Shown here one piece after another: positions 10,631-19,400 of a stretch of 64,000 nt of DNA (within the stretch, counting starts at the first letter, position 1; each line of letters begins with the position of its first letter). The stretch comes from Minisyncoccia bacterium (GTDB lineage Bacteria; Patescibacteriota; Minisyncoccia; Phycocordibacterales; UBA918): contig JBGSSW010000016.1 of assembly GCA_041736805.1 (NCBI GenBank), positions 2,526 to 66,525 of the forward strand, written 5' to 3'. A program made the translations under genes and the position numbers. The notes under the pieces were generated by a model, which saw only the letters and a list, made by a program, of their open reading frames with translations, had not been told where the DNA came from and did no database searches.

Positions 10631-11266
10631 ATGACTCCCCTCGATAAACTAATCGCCTATTTTGAAAAATTCCCTGGTATTGGCGGTCGCCAAGCCAAGC
10701 GTTTTGCTTTTCATATTTTAACTCTCAAGGATGAGCAAATAAGAGAACTAGCTTCTCTTATTACTTCCCTACCTAAATCAGTAACTGAGTGTACTCTATG
10801 TCACAGGTTTTTTTCATTTCAAAGTAACTCAGTCAATAACAACCGATGTTCCATTTGTAATGACGATTCTAGAGATAGTAGCAAGCTGATTGTCGTGGCC
10901 AGAGACACCGATATTCAAGCCATTGAAAGAAGTGGTGTCTATGATGGGTTATATTTTGTCCTAGGTGGGACAGCGCCCTTGCTAAATCAATCTGAAATAA
11001 ATTCCAGACTAAGGACTCCAGCTTTTAGAGCCTTAATAAGTAGCGGACTTGAAAGTAAACTCACAGAAGTTATTTTTGCTTTCTCTGTCAACCCAGACGG
11101 AGAAAATACTAGTCGCTATATTGAAAATGTTTTGAAAGAAATCCCAGGTTCGAATAAGCTTAAAATTTCTGAGATGGGGCGGGGTCTTTCGACTGGCAGT
11201 GAGCTAGAATACGCTGATTCAGAAACTATCAAAAATGCTCTCTCCAACCGAAGAGAACACAATTAA
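10631..11266 (+). CDS. recR: Recombination mediator RecR
   Basis: PGIG HhH motif, CxxC...CxxC zinc finger, Toprim domain, ELEYAD. Confidence 0.95.
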   Translation: MTPLDKLIAYFEKFPGIGGRQAKRFAFHILTLKDEQIRELASLITSLPKSVTECTLCHRFFSFQSNSVNNNRCSICNDDSRDSSKLIVVARDTDIQAIERSGVYDGLYFVLGGTAPLLNQSEINSRLRTPAFRALISSGLESKLTEVIFAFSVNPDGENTSRYIENVLKEIPGSNKLKISEMGRGLSTGSELEYADSETIKNALSNRREHN

Positions 11267-11296
11267 AAAATCCGCCAACTGGCGGATTTTTTAATT
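11261..11296. terminator. Bidirectional intrinsic terminator
   Basis: AATTAAAAAATCCGCCA-AC-TGGCGGATTTTTTAATT between convergent recR and rplU. Confidence 0.88.
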
Positions 11297-11627
11297 AGAT
11301 TGAGTCAATCTTTACTTCGGCGTAGTGTTGGCGGTGACCAAGACGTCGATCGCGGTTACTCTTGGCCTTGTAGCGAACGATAGTAAGCTTTGGACCATTC
11401 TTTTCACCTAGGTAAGTTGCCTTTACTTTAGTTCCAGTAGTTGGAGTGCCGACTTTTGCAGCTGAACCATCATCAGTCATCAGTACAGTATCAAATTCGA
11501 TTGCATCACCTTCCTTGTGCTCACCCATCAGCTCAACTAGAATAGTTTCGCCGACGGTAACGATGTATTGCTTGCCGCCGGTTGCAATAACTGCAAAAGC
11601 GTCCTTATTAGCTGTTTTTGTTGCCAT
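11295..11627 (-). CDS. rplU: 50S ribosomal protein L21
   Basis: FAVIATGGKQY...RYKAKSNRDRRLGHRQ. Start set at ATG 11627. Confidence 0.96.
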   Translation of the reverse strand: MATKTANKDAFAVIATGGKQYIVTVGETILVELMGEHKEGDAIEFDTVLMTDDGSAAKVGTPTTGTKVKATYLGEKNGPKLTIVRYKAKSNRDRRLGHRQHYAEVKIDSI

Positions 11628-11701
11628 AGTGCGGGCTATAGTACTAGAAAACCTTAAAAATTGCAATGGTATGTCCAACAAGAAATTTTATTTCTAAGTA
11701 A

Positions 11702-11730
11702 TTGACAAGCTCTCTAAATCATGTTATGAT
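11702..11730 (+). promoter_or_regulatory. Near-consensus sigma70 promoter
   Basis: TTGACA (11702-11707), 17-bp spacer, TGtTATGAT (-10 at 11725-11730). Confidence 0.8.
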
Positions 11731-11776
11731 ATATAGCGTTCCGTTCCTCAACCACTCATTACCCAAGGAGAGCAAA

Positions 11777-11918
11777 ATGCACAAAAGTGCGGTCCGTTCC
11801 ATCAAGAAGACCAGTCCCTCGGCCAGCAACCGCGCTGCCCGCGGCCGAGATGCCGAAGCGTGGCATCTCGGCCACGGCCGGCTCCAAGGGTGCTCGCCGT
11901 CGCAAGAAGGGTGGGTAG
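11777..11918 (+). CDS. Small Lys/Arg-rich peptide, apparently split by a +1 frameshift
   Basis: AAGGAG RBS before ATG 11777. Frame 0 reads MHKSAVRSIKKTSPSASNRAAR; frame +1 reads AEMPKRGISATAGSKGARRRKKGG-TAG, ending just before a terminator. Confidence 0.5.
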
Positions 11919-11937
11919 CATTTGCTACTTGCCAAAC

Positions 11938-11973
11938 AAAAGGCCTCGTAGTCTCAAACGACTGGGGCCTTTT
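11938..11973 (+). terminator. Intrinsic terminator
   Basis: AAAAGGCCTC-GTAGTC...GACT-GGGGCCTTTT hairpin. Confidence 0.75.
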
Positions 11974-12014
11974 CTAATCTTCGACTTTTATCACCATTTA
12001 TAAGTAAAATTTAA

Positions 12015-13226
12015 CTAGTCTAATGCGAAATTTCTTGAAAGACGCTCAAGTGTTTCTTCTGACTGGGCTTTTGCCTTATCGTACAGAGGGATTAAGGTTT
12101 CAAGTAATATCTCTACAAATACTGGTGTCTTTGGGTCATTCTGAATACTTGCCAATGATTTAAAAAATGTTTCTCGTGTAATTTCTACAGTTCTCCTATA
12201 TTTATTATCTTTCTCTTCTGGGACATTTCCAGAGATAAGGGTATCAATATTTTTTTGCGCGTTACAAATTTGTAATTCAATAAAAGCTAACTTTTCAGCT
12301 GACGAATCAAATAATCTTTTGTCACCTAATAGAACCAAATTCTCAGCCATGCCGGCTCCCTGAGAAAATAAAACTAAATGAGCGAACAGATCTTCGCTTT
12401 TCAATTTATCTTTATTAGTATCGATAAAATTATTTAATAATGAAACCGCTTGATCTGTATCTGCTTGTTCAGAAAAATAGGGCTGGTCATCTGCTCTCAA
12501 ACCTCTAAATAAGGGAGTTTTGTCTTTCAAATAAATAGTATCTGCTAATTTTGCTAGTGACTTTGGATTTATTAAAAATTCATCATATCTCGACTTCCAA
12601 TCATCTTCTATTACGCGGGCAGAAAACATAGTGGCAAAGGCCTCTTCTAGGAGTGCCTGCTCCCCAGTATTGTGATTAATTTTATCTCTCATGAAAGTAG
12701 GGAGTGGGGAGTTCTCATTATCAAGTCCAAGCTTTATTGCCAAAATTATATGAACAAGATCATGATCCGTGACAGTTTCCATATCACCAGATAGGGTTTT
12801 TGTAGGATCGTATGTGATGCTTTTTAAATACTCTTGTTTAGTTAATGCTGAATTATTTGCAATATTTTTTGCTGTAACAACACTCATAACTCTTTTGAAT
12901 ACATAATCTAAAGTAGTCAAAACTACCTCTTCTTCTGCTGAGGAAAGTTCTCTACCAAAAGAGCTACGCGCTTTTTCGTAAATTAAATTTACCACAAGCA
13001 TTGTATTTAACTGAATTACAGCAGTTGAAAAATCATCCCGAAGGAAGTCGGTGGGCATTTGTTCAAAATCACCAACCTCTTTTTCCTTTCTACCCTGCTC
13101 ATATTCACTCACCTCAACGATATCTATTAAGTCATTTATTCTTTTCATTCTATCGACTTGAAATGAGTTAGCCTCTGCTGCATCCTCGTTGACTGAATTA
13201 ATGTTATTTTTTAAACTTTCTGACAT
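12015..13226 (-). CDS. Hypothetical protein (acidic, helical)
   Basis: 403-aa ORF directly downstream of rmuC; no family recognised. Confidence 0.75.
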   Translation of the reverse strand: MSESLKNNINSVNEDAAEANSFQVDRMKRINDLIDIVEVSEYEQGRKEKEVGDFEQMPTDFLRDDFSTAVIQLNTMLVVNLIYEKARSSFGRELSSAEEEVVLTTLDYVFKRVMSVVTAKNIANNSALTKQEYLKSITYDPTKTLSGDMETVTDHDLVHIILAIKLGLDNENSPLPTFMRDKINHNTGEQALLEEAFATMFSARVIEDDWKSRYDEFLINPKSLAKLADTIYLKDKTPLFRGLRADDQPYFSEQADTDQAVSLLNNFIDTNKDKLKSEDLFAHLVLFSQGAGMAENLVLLGDKRLFDSSAEKLAFIELQICNAQKNIDTLISGNVPEEKDNKYRRTVEITRETFFKSLASIQNDPKTPVFVEILLETLIPLYDKAKAQSEETLERLSRNFALD

Positions 13227-13238
13227 ATTCTGTAGTTT

Positions 13239-14321
13239 TTAATCCTCCAGCTTTCCTTGCGGTTTATCAAGTGTAAGCGTGTCAATATCGATTGACTCGC
13301 CAGTAATACGCATGACATCCTTATCTATTTTTCCCAATTCTTTGTAGCCGGCATTGTAATGATTTACAGATGTCTCTAGGGTCTTACCTAGCTTGTGGTA
13401 ATAATCCTCGTATTTGCTAATATGCGTAGAAAGTCTCTCCACATTTTTGATAATATCCTGAGCTTTTTCCTCAATCTCCATCGCTTTAAGACCTTGCATA
13501 ACCGTTTGCAAATATGCCAAGAAAGAAGTTGGTGAGACGATAATTACCTTGTGAGTACCAGCCGCTCGTTGAATAAGATTTTCTTCACTGGCACCAACTT
13601 TATTTGAGAGCAGATCATAATAAATACCTTCGTGCGGAATAAACATAAAAGCAAAGTCGGTGGTTTTTTCGTTTGGTCTAATGTATTTAGCCGTTTCTGT
13701 GATGCGCAATTTAAGATCATTTACAAAAGCTTTTTCCAAAGCTATTTTTTCTGCCCCTTCTCTAGCTTCAACAAAACGATTGTAGTTTTCTAACGAAAAT
13801 TTTGAATCAATTGGAATTATTTTACCCTTCACAAAAACTGCCGCGTCAACAATATCTCCATCGCTAAAAGCATATTGCATTTTAAAACTCTCTGGAGGTA
13901 GAACGTTTTGTAGTACGGTTTCTAGATAGTATTCACCAAGAATACCTCGTTGCTTGGGATTTTTGAGAATATCTTGCAGTTCCTTCAGTTGATCAGCTAC
14001 CTGGAAAACCTGTTTACTACTCTCCCCCACCTCGCTAACGCTTTTAACTACACTACGAAGTTGTTCATTTACTTCTTTATTGATTTCCTGCATCAGCTCC
14101 TTACTTTCTCGAAATTGCAGACGGCTACCCTCTTGGGCAAGACGATTACTTTCACTCATTTGTTCCCGCATAGCTCGAGACAAATCTTGTAGCTGTTGCT
14201 GCATCAGCAGCATACTTTTATCATCTTCTTTCTTTTCTACCTCGCGAAAGAAAAATACGTAAAGTAATAAGCCAAAAATAGCCAACAGAAGCAGCACCAA
14301 AATAAAAGATATCGGTTCCAT
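13239..14321 (-). CDS. rmuC: DNA recombination protein RmuC
   Basis: N-terminal TM and coiled coil; KQRGILGE, IPIDSKF, DFAFMFIP.E, VSPTSF. Confidence 0.93.
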   Translation of the reverse strand: MEPISFILVLLLLAIFGLLLYVFFFREVEKKEDDKSMLLMQQQLQDLSRAMREQMSESNRLAQEGSRLQFRESKELMQEINKEVNEQLRSVVKSVSEVGESSKQVFQVADQLKELQDILKNPKQRGILGEYYLETVLQNVLPPESFKMQYAFSDGDIVDAAVFVKGKIIPIDSKFSLENYNRFVEAREGAEKIALEKAFVNDLKLRITETAKYIRPNEKTTDFAFMFIPHEGIYYDLLSNKVGASEENLIQRAAGTHKVIIVSPTSFLAYLQTVMQGLKAMEIEEKAQDIIKNVERLSTHISKYEDYYHKLGKTLETSVNHYNAGYKELGKIDKDVMRITGESIDIDTLTLDKPQGKLED

Positions 14322-14398
14322 GACTACAAGTGTATCACACCAAAAAATAGAAAAATGGCTGCTAAAATGCTATTATTTCTGCATTAACTATTGATATT

Positions 14399-14851
14399 AT
14401 GTCTATACACACCGAACTTCGCACCACCTTAAAAGAAGCCATGAAAGCCAAGGATGAAGTAGGATTGAGAACCGTTCGCAGTATTATTACCGCCTGTACC
14501 AATGAACTGGTCGCCACCTCAAGAACACCGCAAGCAGAACTGAAAGATGAAGAAGTCCTTGCGGTTATTAAACGCTTGGCTAAGCAACGTAAAGAGTCGA
14601 TTACTCAATATGAAGCAGCCAATCGCCCAGAGCTCGCTCTACCAGAAAAAGAGGAATTAGCAGTACTAGAGGCTTATTTGCCTTCAATGATGTCACAGGA
14701 AGCCATCAGGCCCGTTGCAGAGGCAGTTAAGGCCGAGTTGGGAATAACCGACAAATCAAAGATGGGAATATTAGTCGGTTCAGTGATGAAAAAACTCCAA
14801 GGCCAAGCAGATGGTGGTGATGTAAAAGCAGTAGTGGAAAGTCTATTCTAA
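14399..14851 (+). CDS. GatB/YqeY domain protein
   Basis: AMKAKD, KQRKESI.QY, E..VL..YLP, MG...G.VM...G.ADG. Confidence 0.93.
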   Translation: MSIHTELRTTLKEAMKAKDEVGLRTVRSIITACTNELVATSRTPQAELKDEEVLAVIKRLAKQRKESITQYEAANRPELALPEKEELAVLEAYLPSMMSQEAIRPVAEAVKAELGITDKSKMGILVGSVMKKLQGQADGGDVKAVVESLF

Positions 14852-14857
14852 TTTGTT

Positions 14858-15163
14858 ATGCCCAATAATGAAAAACCTAGAAGGGTTTTAGAAAAACAAA
14901 TTGCTGGAGATAGCGAGGCTTTGAGCGCTATGGGTAGGGCCGGTGGCCGTGAAGCAGCCAAAAGACGGGAACTAAGAAAAAAGATGGCCGAAATGGAAGC
15001 CGAAGCAGATGAAATTGAGCAGTATCTTCAAGCACTCAAAGAGAACAGGCACTTGGCGCCATTAACTGATGATGAAAACATTGTCTTACCAGCTACTCCT
15101 GAAGAAATCGAAGACCTAAGAGAACGTTACGAAAAATTAACCGGTCGTCATCCTAGCTACTAA
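14858..15163 (+). CDS. Small hypothetical protein with a KGG-like motif
   Basis: 101-aa ORF containing SAMGRAGGREAAKRR. Confidence 0.65.
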   Translation: MPNNEKPRRVLEKQIAGDSEALSAMGRAGGREAAKRRELRKKMAEMEAEADEIEQYLQALKENRHLAPLTDDENIVLPATPEEIEDLRERYEKLTGRHPSY

Positions 15164-15191
15164 AATCTATTTAATTAAAATAGTTTTATAT

Positions 15192-15872
15192 TTAAAATTC
15201 CTCAAGTCGTTTGGCTTCCGTAATTGAATAAGGGCCAACTTTAGTTCGTCGCAGATTAGCCAGCGTTGCTGGATAACCAAGACGACGACCCAGTTCTTCG
15301 CCAAGAGAACGAACATATGTACCGCTACTTACTTTAAATCTAACTTTTAATAATAGGCGATTTTTTAATTCTTTATCCGCAACTTCTTTTAATTCAACTT
15401 CATAAATTATCATCCGTCGCTTTGGCACTTCTGCTACCACCTCGCCTTTAATAGCCGCTGCTCTAGCCCTTTTATACATTGGGACACCGTCCTTTTTAAT
15501 CGCGCTATAAGCTGAGACCGGCAGCTCAATTTCTCCTAGCATCGAATTAAGTGCGTCCTTAATTAAGTCTGGCGTTAAATCATTTTGATAAGATTTCTCC
15601 TCTAACACCATCCCCTCCATATCACCTGTTAAGCGCTTTTCACCTAGGATGATTTCAGTAATATATTCCTTGTCTAAACCAACTAGCTCGGTCAGGAGTT
15701 TAGTCCCAGACTCCACTCCTATCAACATTAAACCAGTGGCAAGTGGGTCGAGTGTACCCGCGTGACCGAACTTCCTTATTCCGGTACGTCTTCTTAGTTC
15801 GCGTATAACAGTGAAGGAACTAATTCCTTTTGGTTTATCAATCAAAATAAGCTTCGGTATAATTTCAGCCAT
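15192..15872 (-). CDS. truB: tRNA pseudouridine(55) synthase, lacking the C-terminal PUA domain
   Basis: DKPKG, GHAGTLDPLATG, YSAIK, SSGTYVRSL. Confidence 0.95.
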   Translation of the reverse strand: MAEIIPKLILIDKPKGISSFTVIRELRRRTGIRKFGHAGTLDPLATGLMLIGVESGTKLLTELVGLDKEYITEIILGEKRLTGDMEGMVLEEKSYQNDLTPDLIKDALNSMLGEIELPVSAYSAIKKDGVPMYKRARAAAIKGEVVAEVPKRRMIIYEVELKEVADKELKNRLLLKVRFKVSSGTYVRSLGEELGRRLGYPATLANLRRTKVGPYSITEAKRLEEF

Positions 15873-15889
15873 AAGTTAATCTCCGTCAA

Positions 15890-17119
15890 TTAGATGACAA
15901 GTATACTTGGGTTGATTATAAGTAATCCGCCTAGTAGTAGCATTAGTAACCCGCCGACCAGTAGTGACATCTGGGCGTACTTGCCGCCATGAGACTGGAG
16001 TTTTGAATAACCCCAGATGGCTAGACCGAAAACAATAAAATCATCCACCATATACCCAGCCGTGTAGACCAAAATGAACCACTGCCTTTCCAAAAAGACC
16101 AAATTGTTTAATTCAAGAATTTTGGTATAGGCCTGAGGAATACCAATCGAGCAAGCAAATTCAATAATATTAACTGAAAAAGCGATAACTAGAATTGCTG
16201 CGATTGAAGCTAAGGTGACTGGGGCTTCGATGATTTGTTTGAACTTATTAATAGTTTTGGACTGAGTATCAAGATCGGTGATGTCACAAACGAGTTGTGC
16301 ATCTTTATTTTTATTCCAACGCCAGAGGAAGAAAGTTCCCCCACCAACCGCCAAGAAGCCGACTAGAGGCGTGACAATCTGATCCAGAGCGACAAAGTCC
16401 CAAGTCTTGTACCAGACGTTGAGAATGAGGTTGTACATTACGGCTTCTGCTATTACGAAAATACCAGCTAGCAAAACCATCTTTTTTTTACTGCCAGCCT
16501 GAGAAAGAAGTACCAAGAAAGTAATCAGTACCCACATGGCACAAGGATTAAAACCGTCAATTATGCCTAGTACTAAAGATAATGAAAATAGTGAGAAGGT
16601 TCGAAGATCAACTACGCCAAGCATTGGTAAATCAAAGATAAATTCACTTGTTCCAGCATCACACTTTATATCACTACAGCCACTACCAATTTCCACAGCT
16701 TGAACAGGAGCATCAGTAATATGTTGCTCGATGGTCATTGATGGCTTTGTGGCGGCTTCAGCTATAGCAGCTTTGATTTGTTCTCCAGTAGTTTTAGCTC
16801 CATTGAAGCCAACTAAAACTTTTTCTCCTACAACCGTAACTGGCGTGACTTTGGTAATGTCGTGTTTATCAGTAACTTCATCGTATAATTTTTTTGCCTT
16901 TTCGTCTGTAACAATATTCAGGTAGGTAAAATTAATTTTTTCATCTTCTAAATATGCAAAAAGTTTCTTACAAAAACCACACTCGTCTCTTCCAAACACA
17001 TAGACAAGGACTTCTTGTTTTTCATCGCCAGGAATATAGGCTGATGAAATACTTGGTAACACGGCATTAGAAAAAAGCACCAAACCCAACGCTATCCAAC
17101 CTAGCCAAAATTTTCCCAT
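15890..17119 (-). CDS. Glutaredoxin-like domain fused to a DsbD/CcdA-like membrane domain
   Basis: Signal peptide, CGFC thioredoxin-fold motif, DGFNPCAMW and IEFACS in the TM region. Confidence 0.75.
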   Translation of the reverse strand: MGKFWLGWIALGLVLFSNAVLPSISSAYIPGDEKQEVLVYVFGRDECGFCKKLFAYLEDEKINFTYLNIVTDEKAKKLYDEVTDKHDITKVTPVTVVGEKVLVGFNGAKTTGEQIKAAIAEAATKPSMTIEQHITDAPVQAVEIGSGCSDIKCDAGTSEFIFDLPMLGVVDLRTFSLFSLSLVLGIIDGFNPCAMWVLITFLVLLSQAGSKKKMVLLAGIFVIAEAVMYNLILNVWYKTWDFVALDQIVTPLVGFLAVGGGTFFLWRWNKNKDAQLVCDITDLDTQSKTINKFKQIIEAPVTLASIAAILVIAFSVNIIEFACSIGIPQAYTKILELNNLVFLERQWFILVYTAGYMVDDFIVFGLAIWGYSKLQSHGGKYAQMSLLVGGLLMLLLGGLLIINPSILVI

Positions 17120-17123
17120 AAAT

Positions 17124-17618
17124 TTACACAACTGATAAAGAATTAAGTTTTGATGATAGCTTTATTTCTCGGCCAATGCAATTTGGACAAATATGTTTTT
17201 GGCTAAATTTTCTAATTGAATAAGGTCTCATTTTAGTAGCCGTTTCAAGTTGCCTCAAAGAAACTACTATTTCCCCATAATTTGGTATCTGTTCCTCGAC
17301 TAAGCGCCAAAAAACTGGTCCGTGATTTAATTCTTTTAGATGGCATAATTCATGGACAATGATGTAGTCACGTATGCAGGCTGGCAAAAACAGCAACTTA
17401 TAATTAAAGTTTAAATTTCCGAGTGCTGAACAACTACCCCAACGACTTTTTTGGTTTCTAATAGCAACACGCTTTAAATTAAGACCGCAGACATCAGCCC
17501 AGTAAATTAACCTCTCCTGTATTAGTTCTTTGGCTTCTGCTTTATGTTTGCTATAGACAGAATCCCTTCCAGGTTTTAGGTGAACCTTAATTATCCTTCT
17601 ATAGAGACGGCCGAGCAT
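17124..17618 (-). CDS. YgjP/DUF45 (SprT-like) zinc metallohydrolase
   Basis: QKSRWGSCS, DYIIVHELCHL.ELNH...FW. Confidence 0.9.
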   Translation of the reverse strand: MLGRLYRRIIKVHLKPGRDSVYSKHKAEAKELIQERLIYWADVCGLNLKRVAIRNQKSRWGSCSALGNLNFNYKLLFLPACIRDYIIVHELCHLKELNHGPVFWRLVEEQIPNYGEIVVSLRQLETATKMRPYSIRKFSQKHICPNCIGREIKLSSKLNSLSVV

Positions 17619-17638
17619 TACAGGGAGTAAATAACTGT

Positions 17639-19219
17639 CTAAAACATTCTATTCATTAGATAGCAACCTTCATAATTTAGTCCATTGGGGTCAGGAATTA
17701 CTGGAGCAGAATAAACAATGATGCTATCAACGGGTTCATTCTGGATACTACCTACGCCATCAATTAAGTAACTAAGAAATCCGTTCATAATGGCCTTATC
17801 AGATGTATAGTAACAATCAGTTTGATTATAAGGAATAACCCGATTCGCAACAAAGGTATTTGTGTTCTTAACCAGGAAGTTGGCAAATTTAGTACCGAAG
17901 TTCGGAATTTTGGTAGTGAACGGTAAACGACTAAATAATGAAGTTATATTATCTATCAGTAACAGCGGATCTACCTTATCAAATAGTTTTGTTGCTTTTG
18001 GTAAGACAGTGCTGATATTAGTATTTGGGTCAGTAACTACATCATCTCTTGATGTGGTGGCGTAATATTCAAAAAGTATCTCGTATTCATCTATATATGT
18101 AATACTATTCTGTACATTATTACTAGTTGATTTCTGTTTGATAGACAAATTTACAGTTTCCCCCTGATTGGTGATAAAACTAACATCCCCAAAGTGATCG
18201 TTGGGCTTAACTATTATTTCATTAATAATCGAGTGTCTAGCGAAATTTTCAGCCATTTCTTCTGCTACTTTTGAACCACGAGTAATGTAGCCATCGCGAA
18301 CGGGATCTCTAGCTGAAATGAACATTAAATCTTTAATATCTCTTTCAAAAATCTTTTCTGAATTAGAAAGTTCTTTGGCTAAATCAATTCTTAAAGCTTC
18401 CATTTTTGCATTAAAGTCAGGCGCCTTGAGAACAGACTGTAGGATTATTTTTTTCACAGCTACACCGCTAGAGTAACTAAGTCTTATAGTAGCCTCATCA
18501 GTAGTAGTGGCAAAGGTTACGTCTATCCTATTTAAGTTAGCACGTTTTGCACTCTCTTTCAGGTTTTCTGAAACAGCAGGTGTGGGAGTGGTTGCTTTAG
18601 CTGGCGGTAGAGGAATAGGTCTAATTGACTTTTCAAGCTCGAGAATCTGAGTACTGATAGCAATAATCTGTTGTACTAAAACGATTTTTTGAGCTTCAAG
18701 TAAAGTTGGGGAATTTAAGACCGCTGTACTGACAGCTGCTATAGCGAGTTTAAGTTGATCAATTTGCGCCTGTGTCAAAGCAATTGCCGCAGCAGAAACT
18801 CCAGAAGAAGAACCTGAACATGCATTATTAACCCAACTTGAACCACCGACACAGAAAGTTTCGACTTCGAAAGTATCCAAATCAATACTACTTCCACTTG
18901 AGCGAAGGGAAAGTGTTGATTTACCATAACCAACTACAGAAGCAGGTTGGCCAATATTTGTACCAAAAGGAGGATATGGAGAAACGAAAGCATTTGGAGT
19001 AGTTACACCAGACTGGTAATTATATAAATCATAATTACCACTAAGACTTCCGCCGACAACAATATTACTAATTCGACAAGTTGATTGTCCAGCGTCAATA
19101 ATACAACCACTTGGTCCTGAAATTGTTGCGGCGGCTGCACTAGAAACGCTTGCAAAAAACATCAGTACAAAGAAAATAAAGGACGTTGAGATGAATTTAA
19201 TATACGAGGAAGAAGTCAT
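17639..19219 (-). CDS. Secreted or surface hypothetical protein
   Basis: Signal peptide, Cys-containing beta-rich N-terminal domain, coiled coil, Pro/Thr linker. Confidence 0.7.
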   Translation of the reverse strand: MTSSSYIKFISTSFIFFVLMFFASVSSAAAATISGPSGCIIDAGQSTCRISNIVVGGSLSGNYDLYNYQSGVTTPNAFVSPYPPFGTNIGQPASVVGYGKSTLSLRSSGSSIDLDTFEVETFCVGGSSWVNNACSGSSSGVSAAAIALTQAQIDQLKLAIAAVSTAVLNSPTLLEAQKIVLVQQIIAISTQILELEKSIRPIPLPPAKATTPTPAVSENLKESAKRANLNRIDVTFATTTDEATIRLSYSSGVAVKKIILQSVLKAPDFNAKMEALRIDLAKELSNSEKIFERDIKDLMFISARDPVRDGYITRGSKVAEEMAENFARHSIINEIIVKPNDHFGDVSFITNQGETVNLSIKQKSTSNNVQNSITYIDEYEILFEYYATTSRDDVVTDPNTNISTVLPKATKLFDKVDPLLLIDNITSLFSRLPFTTKIPNFGTKFANFLVKNTNTFVANRVIPYNQTDCYYTSDKAIMNGFLSYLIDGVGSIQNEPVDSIIVYSAPVIPDPNGLNYEGCYLMNRMF

Positions 19220-19309
19220 AAAATTTTGGTTAATAATTAACTATAGCTAGATTATAACCTTAATTCTAAGAATTTATAAATTTTTTCCCCTAAATTTGGA
19301 GTTTAAATA

Positions 19310-19341
19310 ATAAATAAACCCCAGGCTAGGGGTTTATTTAT
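19310..19341. terminator. Intrinsic terminator
   Basis: ATAAATAAACCCC-AGGCTA-GGGGTTTATTTAT. Confidence 0.75.
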
Positions 19342-19400
19342 CCTTTTGTCACTATAATTAGTAGTTACCGGCGGCTAATCGAAGTGATCACTAGAAAATT

